Source: Microthyrium microscopicum (Eukaryota). Taken from it: DNA of 64,000 nucleotides. This document shows positions 62,458 through 64,000 of the stretch, piece by piece (the first letter of the stretch is position 1; each line of letters starts with the position of its first letter). The notes beneath the pieces are model-generated. The model saw only the letters and a list, made by a program, of their open reading frames with translations, had not been told where the DNA came from and ran no database searches. Where the stretch lies: positions 2,701,697-2,765,696 of the forward strand of contig MU004234.1 in the NCBI GenBank assembly GCA_010405405.1. Direction: 5' to 3'. Made by a program: the position numbers and the translations under genes.

Positions 62458-63649
62458 CTACCTTAAAATAGTATCTTAGATTCTTTATTAATTAGAATTA
62501 GGATAATTAGGTAGCCTTATTACTATTTACTAAATTTATAGTAAATTTTACTATAAATACTACTACTAGTTTTATATCTTTTAAAATATAAAATAGTTTT
62601 CTACTAAAATTAGAACTTAAGTCTACTTACTATTTACTACCTAAAGTATTATACGCTTTTATTATAGCATATAAAAAAGTTATTACTACTAATTAAGTAT
62701 AGAATAGTTAAGAAAAGCTTTATAAGTTCTTAAAGAAGTAATTAGTATAAGCTTAAGCTTAATAAAAGCTTTATACTAATAAGTATTAATATTTAGTACT
62801 AGATCTTTATTTTAGAGACTAGGTATAACTTAATATTTAAAATTATAATATAACTTACCCTTTAAAAATACTTAATAGTAAAAGTACTAGTTTCTTTAAG
62901 ATATTACGTAAAATTAATAAAGTAACTTATAAATTAGATCTTCTTAAATTAATAAAGATATACCTAGTATTTTATACCTAGCTATTATATCTAATTAATA
63001 ATAATATATATTTATTATAGAAATTAAACTTACTTTTAGTAGTTATTAGTAAAAAAGAAGGTAAAAAAGAATAGCTTATTAATACTATTATTAATAGTAA
63101 ATAGGATAGTAGAGGTAAAAATAAAGTACTTAAATATAAAATTAAATAAATAGAATTTTATAATAAAACTTAGTAGCTTTAGAAAAATACTATTAATATA
63201 CTTAATACTATATTAGAATTCTATAGGCTTTATTCTTAGAAGCCTAGTCTATATCCTTTTTAATTCTTACTAGTAAATAAAGTTAAAGAAGAAAATTATA
63301 ATACTAATAATCTATTTATAGATTAGAATTATATAGTATAAAAAGTATTATATTTATTTATTTTTACTAATAGTATTATACTCCTAGTTTAGTTTTTAAT
63401 TTATACTATTAAAAAAATTATAAAATATTATAAACTAGCTTAAATAGATATTCTCTTTTTTATTAAATAGATTTAAATAGTACTAAGATAAATAAATAGT
63501 ATATTACTATATTCCTTAGTAGTAATATATATAAAGGAGTTTTATATTTATATAGACTAGCTTAGCTTAGCCTAGATTAGCTTAGACTAGACTAGAATAG
63601 ATTAAATTAGAATATAGCCTATAAGGTTTATTTTAGAAAAGGAAAGTTA

Positions 63650-63873
63650 TATAAGAAATCTTTATAAGTTTAGTATTATAGTATTTAGATACTAAGATCT
63701 AATCCTATAGATAAGATCTCTTTATCCTATTTAGGGTTAGTATATTTAAGGATATTCTAGGCTTCTACTTCTTTATATTTATAGCTATATTTCTAGATTT
63801 CTTCTCTTTATGCTTAGATTCTATAATACTAGCTACTTTCTACTTACGTAATTACGCTTATTAGCTTCTTATA
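63650..63873 (+). repeat. outer element 3' LTR
   Basis: Direct repeat of 47584-47807, preceded by AGAAAAGGAAAG. Confidence 0.88.
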
Positions 63874-64000
63874 ATTTATTATTATTTATAGTTTCTTTAA
63901 TAACTACTAGTAGTAAATTAGTATATTTAAGTAGCTTAGTATTATCTATAATATAGTAAAGGACCTAAGCGTAAAAGATATTATATATTTTTATAGAAGT

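Larger units (their letters stand above)
47584..63873 (+). mobile_element. outer Ty3/Gypsy LTR retrotransposon, heavily RIPed, interrupted by the inner element
   Basis: 224-bp direct LTRs at 47584-47807 and 63650-63873; ATTTA 5-bp target duplication on both flanks; purine tract before the 3' LTR; decayed RT motif IYLDNILVFS at ~60810. Confidence 0.88.
46680..64000. repeat. AT-rich RIP-mutated transposon block
   Basis: Abrupt switch to TpA-rich, CpA/TpG-depleted sequence with dense TAA/TAG in all frames and decayed retroelement motifs. Confidence 0.95.

Overview
Eukaryotic, intron-containing filamentous-ascomycete DNA, probably Dothideomycete-like (inference from gene content and RIP isochores). 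The first ~46.6 kb is gene-rich. It holds Rif1 (running off the left edge), a head-to-head pair of cellobiose dehydrogenase and a free AA8 cytochrome domain, and two tandem CCCH/RRM-KH-like/RBR ubiquitin ligases (one disrupted). Next come a tandem array of 8 non-secreted Cys/His-rich microprotein genes in birth-and-death decay, a small secreted CFEM gene missed by the ORF track, a GH27 alpha-galactosidase, a TA-flanked MITE and the ATRR glycine-betaine-reductase NRPS-like gene. These are followed by a Met-rich GPI protein, a DUF1349 protein, an acidic-tailed thioredoxin, a GH35 pseudogene, a secreted AA7/BBE-like FAD oxidase, a secreted protein with copper-monooxygenase-like motifs and a Zn2Cys6 factor. 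From ~46.7 kb to the end is a RIP-mutated AT-rich block of nested Ty3/Gypsy elements. The younger inner element carries an antisense, intron-containing Cys-cluster gene. The best novelty candidates are the microprotein array beside the RNA-binding RBR ligases, the PHM-like secreted protein and the antisense cargo gene. All splice models and product calls were made by eye, without database searches.
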